Assembly: GCA_964016885.1 (NCBI GenBank)
Contig: OZ024742.1
Location: forward strand, 280,116,001-280,180,000
Source: Eledone cirrhosa
Taxonomy: Eukaryota
DNA length: 64,000 bases
Direction: 5' to 3'
Shown: in pieces, positions 27,651 to 41,817 of the stretch
Layout of the letters: every line of letters starts with the position of its first letter
How positions within the stretch are numbered: position 1 is the first letter of the stretch
The notes under the pieces: generated by a model
What the model was told of the DNA's origin: nothing
Databases searched by the model: none
The model's input: the letters and a program-made list of their open reading frames with translations, nothing else
Made by a program: the position numbers and the translations under genes

Positions 27651-28427
27651 CATATATATGAATAACACTGACCTTTTTGTATGAATCTATTGAACTCCAC
27701 ATACGGAGAATCTTAATTGACATTCTCATCTCTTTTCCTTAACGTATACGGTATGCTGGGAAGTGCCGCTTGAACTTGTGTTTATAGTTATAAAGACATA
27801 TGAGCATGCACAAATACAACCACATAGACAGGTACACATAGATAGACTCACGCACACACACACACACACTACAAATATATCTAAGTATGCATTTGTATTC
27901 AATTACACAACGTTAGTACGCGGGGAAAATGTCGTTCGCATTCTGATTAGGGAAAGAGAATTTATATATGCAAATATATAATAAAAAATATTTTTTGAAT
28001 TCTTTAAACCCACGAAGTGCACTGCAACACCAAATAAAAGATAATTTTATATATTAATTAAATATAGAATTCACTCCGAAAATATCTCTAAGATCTACAA
28101 AGTGCAAATCTCAGTGGGGGTGTTGGTGTTTTATAAATGTTACTACTTTTTTAAACATTTGTCGCGAATGAATTGTAAATATAGCAACATATTCAACAAC
28201 ATCATCATAATCGTTATGATGGCGATCGTGATTCTCTTACCTTCCATTCTTCTCATTGTCTTTGTTGTCGTCGTTATCGTAACTCCCCTTCTACCTCATA
28301 TTTATAAACTTCATGATCAATAGCATCACCAACATCATCACATTCATTTCGTTATTGTCATCTCCTTCAATGTCGTCCTCGTCATAGCCCTTGTCATCAT
28401 CACCATCACACCATCAGCGTTATAATT

Positions 28428-29182
28428 GACAAGGCCAGCAATTAACCAGTATATTACTGGTACTTTATTTTATCGACACCATAAGGATGAAAGGCAAAGT
28501 TAACCTCGACGGGATTTGAACTCAGACCGTAAAGGGACGTAACTATGCTAGAAAGCATGGCATCCAACCCTCTACCGATACTGCCAAATCACCGCCCTCA
28601 GTACCATAAATATAATAAGGGCCAATAATAACATCGACATCATCATCTTCAGCAACAACATCAAACACAGCAATACGAACAAATTCAACAACAACAATAT
28701 CTATAATAATATTGATAAAAATAATAACAAGAACAACAATAATGGTTTCTTATATAGGCACAAGGCCAGCATTTTGGGCGAGGAGTAAGTCAATTAAATC
28801 AACCCAGTACTTTACTTTACCGACCCCGTAACGATGAAAGGCAAAGTTAACCCTTGGCGAAATTTGAACTCAGATCATAAAGGGATGAAACACTATGCTG
28901 CAAAGCATAGCGTCCGACCTTCTACCGATACTACCAATCCACCGCCCTAACAAGAACAACGATAATATTTTCTTATATAGGCACTACGCCAGCAATTTTT
29001 GGGGAGGGTAAATTCGATTAAATCGTCCCCAGGGCGTGACTGTTACTTTATTTTATCGACCTCGTAAGGATGAAACGCAAAGCCAACCTCAGCGGGATTT
29101 GAACTCAGATCATAAAGGGATGTAACTCTATGTTGCATAGTATCGTATCGGACGCTCTACCGATACTGCCAAACCACCAGCC
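28428..29182 (-). mobile_element. Three near full-length Meta-core SINEs in (CAA/TAA) low-complexity DNA
   Basis: Copies about 28428-28598, 28742-28948 and 28965-29182, each ending in ctctaccgatactgccaaa..accgccct (reverse complement of the tRNA head). Confidence 0.88.
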
Positions 29183-29649
29183 TAACAAGAACAACAATAA
29201 TAACAACAAAAATGACAACAGCAAGTGCAATAATAGGAACAAAGAATACAACAATAGTGAAACAACATCGACAGCAGCAACAACAATAACACAATAACAG
29301 AGAATATCAACTGCAATCGCTGCAATCATTAATTCAAAAGCAACAGTAAGGAGAACAACATAAGGAGAAGCACCAACTACAGCTATATCAACAACAATAA
29401 CGGCAATTAATCAGTTCAGCAATGACAACGTCTACAACAGTTTCTTCCAAGGAAAATCAATGATAAATGTAATTACCAAATTTTCAAAAGAAAGATTTTT
29501 TTTCTCCAAAATATCGCAATATTATTAATGGATAAAAAATTAGACGTTGCTTATTCCTCTTTGGCTCTCACATACACAATCTCTCTTTTTCTCTTTCTCC
29601 ATTTCACTATCAATCTATCTATCATTATTCCTCAGTACACACACACACG

Positions 29650-29680
<31 letters not shown>

Positions 29681-29763
29681 GTGTGTGTGTGAGTGAGTTC
29701 ATATATGTATGTGTATATATATATATGAACACACTCACACATACAAGCATATATATAAATATA

Positions 29764-29858
<95 letters not shown>

Positions 29859-30361
29859 CATGTATCGAACTATTAATATCAACATTATTCTTAAGTTTTG
29901 TAGCTCGTGTGTGACTCTCTTATACTGCATCTTATGTGGAATTATGTCTCACTTTAAAGAATTCATCCCCAATGTATCGTGGAAGGTTTAAATAGAAAAA
30001 TAGTAGGTGGTAGTTTAAAAAGGTCACATTTTATATCTTATTATTGATATTGTTAGTGATATTGTTTTCATACCTGTATGGGAAATATCAATGTGCACTG
30101 ATATTTGATAATTCTTATTGTATTTTAAAATAGAACTTGTTAAAATTACCTCGTTCTCAATTAAACTCATAGATTGAAAAATTAAACTTATTTATACACA
30201 GAGACATTAATTGCTAAACACATAAATATCTGAACACGCATATACAAAATAATAAAAATATATCCAAATTCACATATGTATATATAAATAAATAAATATA
30301 TATGTATATATATATACATATATATATATACATGTGTGTATGTGTATATATATATATATAA

Positions 30362-30782
30362 TTAGAACTGGTGCTCTGAAATAGCTATATATATATGAAT
30401 TTATATATAGTGTATTTTGCAATACACTGTATGCTTAATTAAAAGCATTTCGAAGACCCTATGCTATTGTTTTAGGGTAGTTGCAGACTCACTTACTTTA
30501 ATTTCTGCTTGACCGGCAACCGCTCTGTATAATCAGTTCCTGATTATTTACTAGAATTCTATAAGAACCAAACATCCATGATTTCAGCAAACAGGAGGAG
30601 TAGTTGGCTTTGATAAGCATCAATAAATGCGAAACAAGGCGTTGTCAGCTTTATCTCCCCCTGTTTGCTGAAATTAAAGTAAGTGAGTCTGTCACTACCC
30701 TAAAACAATAGCCTAAGGTCATCGAAATGCTTTTAATTAAGCATACAGTGTATTGCAAAATACACTATATATACATTCATAT
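30362..30782 (+). mobile_element. Non-coding inverted PLE-type insertion with nested HHR hairpin
   Basis: Outer inverted arms about 30393-30505 and 30670-30782, inner stem 30581-30600 with 30655-30674, (TA)n flanks. Confidence 0.75.
30581..30674 (+). ncRNA. Full-length type I hammerhead with U3-A8 core and extended stem I
   Basis: atttcagcaaacagg.aggag.tagtt.ggct-TTGATAA-gcat.caataa.atgc-GAAA-caa.ggcg.ttg-TC-agct.ttat.ctcc.ccctgtttgctgaaat. Confidence 0.8.
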
Positions 30783-30831
30783 ATATATATATATATATAT
30801 AGTTATGTAATAAACAACATAAGATCATTAT

Positions 30832-30890
30832 TTCTTTTACCAGTGGTTTCTTGAAGACATGTTGTGTCTGTCTTCAGTCGTCAGAATGAA
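30832..30890 (-). ncRNA. Type I hammerhead ribozyme
   Basis: Minus strand: ttcatt-CTGACGA-ctgaagaca...tgtcttcaa-GAAA-ccactgg-TA-aaagaa. Confidence 0.7.
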
Positions 30891-31062
30891 TAAAAAACAT
30901 GGTGTTTTATTAAATACGCATTTGAAAACAAAATTTAGGAATTATGAAAATGAGGCTGAAAAAAAACTGGCGAAAATGAAAAAGGGTGAAAAAAAAATAT
31001 ATATATATATATATAAAAATATAAATATCCAGAACGTAAACATACACACACTCAACTAAAGC

Positions 31063-31104
<42 letters not shown>

Positions 31105-31126
31105 AAGAATATATATATATATATAT

Positions 31127-31241
31127 AACGAAGGAGTTGTGGTAAGGAACCAGATGAACCATAACGCACAGAGTACATTAGTCCAGAAATTGCCGTCAAG
31201 ACAGCTTGAACTCTGCCGGCGGTGTCATACTTTCTCCTATA
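31127..31241 (-). mobile_element. Miniature family A two-arm insertion nested in TA tract of the larger PLE
   Basis: 31127-31186 is the reverse complement of the family A tail; 31188-31241 is the sense piece ending ttctcctata. Confidence 0.75.
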
Positions 31242-31254
31242 TATATATTATTCT

Positions 31255-32520
31255 AAATTAGAAGAAGATGTTATCATTCACGCTAGGAAAAGACTACTCT
31301 TTGCTAATGAAGGTACTTGGGTTTAAAAATGAAGCCCTGAAAACTCTTCTGATGTTGTGATGGGCTCATATGATAGTGCCGATGTGTGCGACTTAGTAGG
31401 ATTATTCCTCCTCCACACCCTTAAAGATAAATGTCCTTGCCATAATATCGCTTTATACCGAGACGACAGTTTGGCAGTTTCTCATACCACCAACGGCCAT
31501 AACCTTGATAAATTCCGTAAAGACTTAATCAATACCTTTGCTAACCTAAACCTTAAAATTGTTATAGATACGAATCTTACTAATACTAACTTTCTTGATA
31601 TCAATCTTGACCTACTTACTGCCTCTTTTAAACCTTATCATAAACCTAATGAAAATTTAAGATATATACACAAAGAGTCATGCAATCCCCCTATAGTCTT
31701 TAAAAATCTTATTCCTAATATTAGCCGTAGGATTTCTACGTTATCTTCGTCTATAGACATTTTTAACAAAGCCGCCCCTTATTATAATAAAGCACTCAGT
31801 AACAGCGCCTTCACCGAACAAATTAAATATTTATCTACTCCTCTTTCTAAGACTAAACACAATAACAGGAAAAGAAAAAAATATTTGGTTTACACTCCCC
31901 TTCTCTCTAACATTTAAAACTAACGTAGGAAGAACATTCCTCGACCTCTTTGACAAACATTTTCCCCCTAATCATAGATATAATAAGATATTCAATAGAA
32001 ATGTAGTTAAAATCAATTACTCTTGCTGCCCATCAATAAAAACTCAAATTACCAACTCTAATGGTACCAGAGTAAATCCAGGATGCAGTTGCAGGAAGCC
32101 GGAAGTATGTCCATTACAGGGTAAATGTAATACCAAATCTATTGTGTATGAGTCCAAATTGACACCAATGCTTAATAACCAGTCAGAAGTGAACGATATG
32201 TTAGCATGACTCAGGACAGATTTAAAACCAGGTATTATGCACATGTCGCTCCTTCCAGACACCCTGAAAAAAGAACAGCAACGGCGCTGGCAAATAAAGT
32301 GTGGGAGTTCAAAGACAAAAACATTACGTACACTATTGATTGGTCTATTTTAGACCATTGAAGAGAATACCAAAGGGACACAAAGAAATGTTCTTTGTGT
32401 ATACGGAAACATTTACAAACACCAAAACTTGAAAACTCTTACCACTTGTCTCAACTCTAAGACCGAGATATTTAGATGTTGTCCGCACCTGAAATCACAT
32501 CTACTTTTTAATTGGATTAA
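31255..32520 (+). pseudogene. PLE RT-GIY-YIG fragment
   Basis: MGSYDSADVCDLVGLF, ALYRDD, NFLDINLDL, PYHKPNE, GCSCRKPEVCPLQGKC, SIVYES. Confidence 0.88.
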
Positions 32521-32969
32521 CATACCAACGATTACTCAACCACCTTGAGCTTCTTCTCTACTTATCACGCCTTCTACTCACTACCAATTCCATTACCTTA
32601 TGAACACATACTTTCTACCAATATATACATTTTCTCCCTCATCTCTTTCTATATATCATTTGATTTATACCCCTACTATCTACCATATCTTAATACATAC
32701 ACACCCACCACCTTTTATCATTTACCCAGATCACTTTTTAACTATATAACCTTATCCAGATCTCATCACAAACACTTACTCTCTACTACAAATTTTACAC
32801 ACCTTTCCTCCCTTACATATTCTTAATAATTGTTTTTATTATTTTATTTCAGTTTTACTCCCCTTTGTGCTTACTTACCCACTAGGTTTTTAAGCGTACT
32901 CACATAAGGTTATATTGGCCGAATATGAAGACAGGCTTATGTGTACTTACATATATACGTGTTTGTATT

Positions 32970-33000
<31 letters not shown>

Positions 33001-33035
33001 ATCTGTGTATATATATATGTATTTATATATGTGTT

Positions 33036-33092
<57 letters not shown>

Positions 33093-33357
33093 CTATATTT
33101 TTGTTTATATGTATTTGTATATATGTATGCTTGTGCTTGTATATGTTTTTGTGTATATCAGTATATATGTGTTTATGTGTGTATAGATTTACGTATATGT
33201 TTATTTGTATGCGTGTGTTGATTTCTTATTGCGTGCGTGTGTGCGCACGCATATGTGTACGTATGTACGTTTGAGATTGATTTTTCTAATTTATTGTAGT
33301 GTTTTTTTGTATGTGTATGCATGTGGATGTGTGTATATATGTTTGTATGTATGTGTG

Positions 33358-33389
<32 letters not shown>

Positions 33390-33399
33390 AGTGTATATG

Positions 33400-33446
<47 letters not shown>

Positions 33447-33744
33447 ATATATATATATATGTATGCACATATATGTGTATGTGTACGTATAATTATTTAT
33501 GTACGTGTGTGTGTTTGCATGTGTGTATAGATATATATGCATGTATATGTGTATATGTGTATGTATGCGTATATATATATATATATGTATATGCATATCT
33601 TGCGTATTTGTTTATATTTAAGTTGTTTTTATTTATTCCCCCACCCCTCCCCATCACACCTATCGTTGTCAACACGTCCCCCCTTTTTACTTTATTTTGT
33701 TTTTGATTTTGATCTTTACTTTCTTATATATATATATTTATATA

Positions 33745-33906
<162 letters not shown>

Positions 33907-34301
33907 AAAGTAAAGAATATATACATATATTTTTTGGTATTTTTTGTTTTAATTTATTTATTTAGTTATTCCTGTTTCCTAACTACTGTCCATATTTGTG
34001 TGTACATTTTTGAGTGCATATATAACTGAGTATACATCTCTGTATGTATTTATGTTCCTGCCCGTTTTTCTATGTAGAGGCAAATACGCCTATCTGAGAA
34101 AGTATCCGTCTACGTAATCTTTGGTATATGTTCGTAGTTGAGTGTTTGTATGTTTACGTTCTGGATATTTATATTTTTATATATATATTTTTTTATTTTT
34201 TTCCCCTTTTTCCTTTTCGCCCGTTTTTTTCAGCCTCACTTTCATATTTCCTAAATTTTGTTTTCAAATCCATATTTAATAAATACACCATGTTTTTTTC
34301 A

Positions 34302-34362
34302 TTCATTCTGACGACTGAAGACAGACACAACATCTGTCTTCAAGAAAAAACTGGTAAATGAA
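34302..34362 (+). ncRNA. Type I hammerhead ribozyme
   Basis: ttcatt-CTGACGA-c.tgaagacaga.cacaaca.tctgtcttca.a-GAAA-aaactgg-TA-aatgaa. Stem III is mutated relative to the 30832 copy. Confidence 0.75.
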
Positions 34363-34456
34363 ATACTTATCTTATGCTGTTTATTATATAACTAATAGGC
34401 TCTGCAGCCTACACAGAGGTCTCTTTTTTCATGTACCTTATTGACAGAAATACTTC

Positions 34457-34516
<60 letters not shown>

Positions 34517-34534
34517 GTGTGTGTGTGTGTGTGT

Positions 34535-35264
<730 letters not shown>

Positions 35265-35294
35265 TTATATATATTTATATACACACTTATATAT

Positions 35295-35361
<67 letters not shown>

Positions 35362-35373
35362 TCATATATATAT

Positions 35374-36421
35374 AGTAATAATAATAAATTTGAAGACTAA
35401 AATACAAAGATGCCTCGATAAGAATAAATATATATCAAATATATATTTGAACCGTAGAGCAAATATTTATTAAAATAACAGATTAAAGTTTAAGCAAAGA
35501 ATCGCTGCTTTCACTCTTAACTGGATCTTCTGAAATTAACAAAGTCAATCTGTGAACGCAGAAGTGAATATTTCAAAAAACGTTGCAACCGGAGGAAGAC
35601 AGGAAGACGATATTTTGGTTCGTGGAAACGTTCCCTGGCAATGAACGGGAAAAAACGAATATATTACGTCATTATTTGGAGCGGGGAAAAACAATTACAC
35701 GCAAAGACAAAACCACGTTTATGGTATAAAATAAGTTGTAGACAAATATTCTATTAGGTGGTTCATAGAGACGTTCTCAGGCAATGAACGGAAAAAACGA
35801 AGATAATACGTCATATTTAGTGCGGCGAGAACAATTGCACGCAAAGACAAAGCCACGTAAATGGTATAACTGAAGCCGAATGATTCTCGGCTTCAGAGTT
35901 AAGAATAAAGTAAATAAAATACAGAGGTAATTGAAATAAATGCATACAGGCATCCATATATGTATATACACAAGCATACGCGAAAACACTCGCCATAGGT
36001 ATACAAATACACGCACGTACACACATAAAAAAAACCCACACGCACATACAGAACCTACTCAACGCCTGTACCAGCACGCATACGAATGTATACACCAAAT
36101 GTTTTTTCCTTCATTGCCTGAGAACGTCTCTATGAACCACCCAATAGAATATTTGTCTACGACTTCTTTTATACCATAAACGTGGTTTTGTCTTTGCGTG
36201 TAATTGTTTTTCACCGCTCCAAATAATGACGTTAATATTCGTTTTTTCCCGTTCTTTGGCAGGGAACGTTTCCACGAACCAAAGTATCGTCTTCCTGTCT
36301 TCCTTCGGTTCCAACGTTTTTCGAAATATTAACTTCTACGTCCACAGATTGACTTTGTTAGTTTCAGAAGATCCCGTTAAGAGTGAAAGCAGCGATTCTT
36401 TGCTTAAACTTTAATCTGTTA

Positions 36422-36429
<8 letters not shown>
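35374..36429. mobile_element. Inverted two-arm insertion of the 3' UTR of the 18070-20560 PLE family
   Basis: Arms about 35469-35798 and 36102-36429, homologous to 20030-20560. Internal tandem duplication; (TA)n flanks. Confidence 0.85.
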
Positions 36430-36494
<65 letters not shown>

Positions 36495-36495
<1 letters not shown>

Positions 36496-36632
36496 TAGGA
36501 ACGAGTAGGACCCCGACGGCTGAGCTCAAGCCTTTTCGATAGCTAATTCTGGACTCAAGTCTACTACCCTAAGTATTGAGTACTTTGGTGCGTTATGGTC
36601 GACCTGGTTCCTTACCACATTTCCTTCGTTAT
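36495..36632 (+). mobile_element. Miniature family A two-arm insertion
   Basis: ataggaa..agtaggaccccgacggctgagctc (inverted arm) joined to tctactaccctaagtattgagtact..ccttcgtta (tail). Confidence 0.8.
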
Positions 36633-37104
36633 ATATATATATATATATATATATACGCATGTATGTTGCTTGAGAAATTGCATGTTATTGCATACAAACT
36701 GGAGAATGTATTACCCAATACGAGATACCAGGTGGTTTAAAATGTAATCTGTATTTTCTCCAGCGGCAAGCTAGTGCATTCTGCGACTAATCCAGGCTCT
36801 GTTATACTTCGATCCGAGGAGGGTAATCTCTCCAAATATCGGTGGCTCTTTGACAGGTTTGCGGTCGTGCTCGTAGCAATGGAGACTTCTAGAGGACTTC
36901 TACATTGAGCCACAACAAATACCGCATAGCTTTTGCTCCAAAGCTTTAACGATTCTGCAAGCCAACTGCTCTTAATGCAGTTAAAATAATGTAAATAGCA
37001 TATATTGAGTTTCCGATGTATGGAATGTTTTAAAAATTTTATATCAACATGACATAAAATGTTATATAAAACTGGTGTCGACAACACGATGTATGTTTTA
37101 AGTA

Positions 37105-40100
37105 TACTTTACTTGTACTTGTGTCGACATTCACCCTGGACGGGTTGAGCCGGCTTCTTCCCCTGTCCTGACGGCATCCCGAACCATGGCAGCCCACGCA
37201 CGACGGTCTCGGGTTAGGTCCCTGGAGATAGCGAGCCAGTCACGGTTCCATCGGCGCAGGCCGAACACCTGCGGACCCGAGAGTTCGGAGAGGTCTTCCT
37301 TGATCGTCGTTGCCCAGGTCTTCAGCAGCCCGCCAACGCGCTTGCGCCAGTTAGGGAGTGGAGGTGGGAGGAGAACATCGCGGATCAACTCACCCTCAGG
37401 GCGCCGGGCTGCGTTACCAAACCATCTCAAGCGCTGTTGCAGAAGCACTGAAGGAAGGGTCGAAGATGGAGGCGAAGGCGAAGACTGGTGGTAGGTACCC
37501 GGTCAACGCGTTGGCAGCGAAGAATGCGGCGGAGACTGTCATCGTTGAAGACCTCCAGCCCTCGTTGATCGACTACCCTTCACATGCATAGGGGAGGATA
37601 GTGCGAACGACGGCCTGGTAGATTCGCCCTTTGGTCGCCGAGGTTATGTCACTTCTGTCACACAGACACCACTGGATGCGCCCAAAAGCGGATCTGGCAG
37701 CACCTATGCGACGCTTGACCTCGGTTGCGCCCTCTCCCGTTCGATACGAAGGACTCCACATGCTCCAGGTGACGCCCTCGAGAGATATGGCTGCCAGGCA
37801 TCAGGCAAGACCACTGACGTCATGGCGTTCGACTTGGCGGCATTGATTCGCAGATCAACAGCAACGCGGCTCCAGTGTGCACCCTTTCGAGAGCACCTTG
37901 TACATCTGTACCGTTAGCGCCCATCAGCACGATGTCATCCGTGTAAGCCTGGTCCGTCACCACGACCCTTCTCCCGACCTCTACGCCCAGGTAATCCCGG
38001 AGCGCTGTGTTGAGAGTGTAGTCAATGGCGTAGTTAAAGAGATTTGGCGATAGCGCACACCCCTGCCGAACACCGGTCCCAATATCGAACGACTCCGTCT
38101 CCTCACCATAGACCCTCACTCGAGCCCGAGTCGATCGGTAGTAGCCTTGTATAAGACGAACCAGCTTTTTGAGATGCCGTCCGCCTACATTATACGCCAT
38201 AGGGATTCTCGATCTACCGAGTCGAAGGCAGCTGCAAAGTCGATGAAGCGGAGGACGGTAGGCAGTTGATGTCATCAACGTTGTTCCAGGACACGCCGGA
38301 GATTGAAGATTTGATCAACGCACTCCTCCCCGGAGAAGCACGGGTTCGGACATCACGGATGGCCTGGAACCTCTTCAGCAGAAGAATTGTGAAGGTCTTG
38401 GCAACACCGTCAATTAAACTGATACCCTGTAGTTGGCACACATTTCCTGTCGCCCTTTTTGAAAAAGAGTAGGAGAGTTGCCTCGCTCCAGTCACCAAGG
38501 AACCGCTCCGTCGCCCACACCGAGGAGAAAACTCGATGGAGCCAAGCTGCGAAGACATCAGGCTCGGCCTTGTAGACCTAGAGCTGGAACGCCATCTCTG
38601 CCGGCGCCTTGTTGTCCCGGAGATGTGGCAGGACACTACGTACCACCCCGACCGTTGGAGGGGCAGTGCTGCACCCGTATTCTTCTACAGAAGGCTGCAC
38701 GTAAGTTGGCGTAGATGGTGGCGGGTGGTAATAACCGGGTGGTAATGACCATAAAATTGGTAATGACTGCCCCGTTCCGATCACGGATCGTCTCGCTGAT
38801 ACCCGTACTGCTTCGGCTGGCCCACTTCACCAGTTGGTAGAGGTTGCGCGAGTCACCACAGGCTGCTGCCCTCTCCGTCTACTCCGCAAACTCGCGCCAG
38901 TGTGCATTCCGATCGGCCCGAATAGCCCGAGATGTGCGACGTCGGAGATCTCGAAAATTAGGTGCACAATCGAGTCGGGCCACTCTCGCCCTCTCCGTTT
39001 GTTCAAGAGATCCAGTCCCGATGGCGTCTTCGGGTCGACTCGAGATGCTCCCTGGCCACCTCCACCGTCGCCGCCCTGAGCGCGTTCCACTCCTGCTCCG
39101 GTTGCTGTTTCACTTCGTTACTCAGCATTTGGAATCGGTTTCGCAGCTCTAGCCGGAAAGCATTTCCAGTATCGTGGTTGAGTCGTGAGGTTCGATCCTT
39201 TTCTGGAAGTTGGGAGGAGGTTTCGCCCGCAGCTGCAGACGAAGTGATACTCGAACAAGAGTATGGTCTGACACATTCTCACTGCCCGTACCAGCCCCCC
39301 TCCCCTCCGATACGCACGCGAGTCCATAACTGAGCTGGCCCACCGAGATCTGACCAGGATGTAGTCAATCTGATTGGCCATTCTTCCGTCATTGGATCGC
39401 GACGTGACGAGGTGACGCCCAGGATGTTGGAACCGGGTGTTTGTGACGATAAGACGATTGGCATCCGTGAAGGACACGAGCCGTTCACTATTGTCACAGC
39501 GTACGCCTAGGGCGAAGCGTCCAAGAATATGCCGTGTTGTATCATCACCCGGCACCGTCAGCGCATTCCAGTCCCCAGCGACGATGATAACATCACTGGA
39601 GGAGACGCCATCCATGGTTGTTTGGAGATTGGCATAGAACTGCGTCTTGTCCGCTTCGTCCGCATTGACCCAGCGCGAGTCGGTGTGGTATCAGCTGCCA
39701 CGCCAGCAGAGCCGCTTGCGCGTCGGGGTTGAGCGCTACAGCGACCCCGTGAGGCCACTGTTGTCAGTCACGCCTCTATGGTACAAGTGGTACGAGATGT
39801 CCTCGCCAGGAACTTTGATCGGAAGATAACTAACACCGGGAAGTCAAACTTCTGAAAGGCAAGCGACACTAACGCAGTACCTGTGCAAAGCCTTCATTGT
39901 AAGTGCCTGGACACCGTCGTCACGAAGTGTTCGGACGTTCCAGCACGCCACCCTCAATTCCTTCCGTCGTCTGAAGAGCGGGACTACTGCGGGAGTAGTC
40001 TGTAGAGCCATAGCGATAGGAACACTGTTGCTTTGCATTGCGTCCGTAGCGGGAAGGCAATTCGTATTCATAGTTCGTATTAGTAGGATTCATGGAAGGA

Positions 40101-40392
40101 GTGTCATGGGAGTAGTGAATTCACAAGCGGTCCTCACAAAACCCGCATGTATATCCCGAACGAGGGGAAAAAACGTCCTGTTTATCGCAGATTCTCCACA
40201 GACGTATAGACAGAGACGACCCGAAGCCGCCGGGTACCGGAGCACAAACCCGGGTTGCAGCCCTAATACCGCTGGGTGCCAGACCAATCCGCCTTGGGTG
40301 GCCCTACCACGAAGCGATGTTCCCGACGGCATAGCTCTGACACTACCCTTTGCCACCACCCTGCCACGTTGAGGAGGGGTTGGACTTTAGGT
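37105..40392 (-). mobile_element. Near full-length RTE-clade LINE, frameshifted
   Basis: APE domain (LRVACWNVRTL, VACLSEV, IIVAGDWNA, NQIDYILV), RT (GVRQGCALSPNLFN, YTDDIVL), C-terminal RLRWFGNAARR and a 3' (CAAGTA)n tail. GC-rich relative to the flanks. Confidence 0.92.
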
Positions 40393-41598
40393 TGGATGTA
40401 TTAAGTATGCATGTTTATAATCGGGTGTAAATAAACGATGAAAAGTGTGGAATTTTCCGAATTTTCTTTAAATAGAGTTCTGCAATTTAATTCTTACTAT
40501 TTCGTATACAAGTCGTAATTTTGTGCGTCTTTCAAAATGTTCAGATTGATGCCAAAGCTGTATTTTGTATACTTCAAAGGCCAAACGCATTTTGGCAAAG
40601 TGGCGTCAGTACGTCTATATAGATCACTGAAGCTGTTTAGCTATTTATTATATCATAGTTTAAACGGATTAACTTTTAAAGCAAATTTGATTATTGCTAC
40701 ATATAATGTTATCGTATACGTCCGATATATGGAGGTTTCTGAAACAGCTCCCGGTAAAGAAATCTGAATCGAGTTCAATGCAATTGTCAAGTAGGATAAT
40801 ATTTGACTAAAATATGCAAATCTATTTACATTGGAATAGTTATTTGTAATAGTGATCTACTTATAAGAGCAGAATGGGAAACCATAACCCTAACCCTGAC
40901 AAACCCTAATAATAAAACTAATGAGATGTATACTTAACTTACTTTAACACCAATGAATATTATCAAAACAAAGTCTAACATTACCGAAAACCTATGCTTA
41001 ACCTTGACCCTAATGACTAAACACGCCATGAATCCGCTGAATGAAATGAGATATTTTCAATTTAGTCAAAGATTATAGATTGCCGACGATACCCATAAGA
41101 CGTTATACCTAACTACACTATAGAAATCAATATTTTCTTTCAATCTTTTTTAATTTTTCTAACTGATAAAATATCTGATTTATATATATATATATATTTA
41201 TTTAATTATTGTGTTGTTCGTTTAACGTCAGCTCTATTGTTAAGCAACCTTGTAGAACAAGTAAAATTTTCGAAATATTCGAACAAATTTTCATGTTTTC
41301 TATAAAGGAAAACACTAATGTTTACTTTCGAATCTATTTACTTTGTATTAAAAATGTAATATTTTAATAACTTTGAAATATTCCTTCATATTTTTACTTC
41401 CTATGATGCTGTATATTTATCTCATCTTGTCTTACTTTCAATTCCCTTTCATAAAATTGATTGTTAAGATCAAATGAAAAACATATTATACTTTTAATAA
41501 AACAAGAATTTATAAGCAGTTGAAATGAAATCGCACTTTCCGTCTCGTGTATTGTAAACAATTCCTATCATATGTAAATTTATATATATTTATATATG

Positions 41599-41629
<31 letters not shown>

Positions 41630-41740
41630 CTGTGTGTATGTGTGTGTGTGTGTATGTATATATATATATATATATTTACATATATGCAAATATATATAAG
41701 TATATATGTATATACATATATATGTATATCTCTATAGACA

Positions 41741-41817
<77 letters not shown>

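Noticed and set aside
22965-29182. CRISPR-like or tRNA-gene interpretation of the recurrent 150-200 bp repeats
   Set aside because: Eukaryotic dispersed SINEs with A/B boxes but no cloverleaf and no repeat-spacer periodicity.
30715-30770. GAAA-tgctt/aagca-TA followed by a hairpin, resembling half of a type II hammerhead
   Set aside because: No CUGANGA follows; the sequence runs into TA repeats.
37088-40410. Possible RTE target-site duplication gatgta(tgtt)ttaagtat
   Set aside because: The match needs a 4-bp gap and a mismatch; suggestive only.
40880-41020. Telomere-like taaccc motifs
   Set aside because: Only a few scattered units; not an interstitial telomere array.
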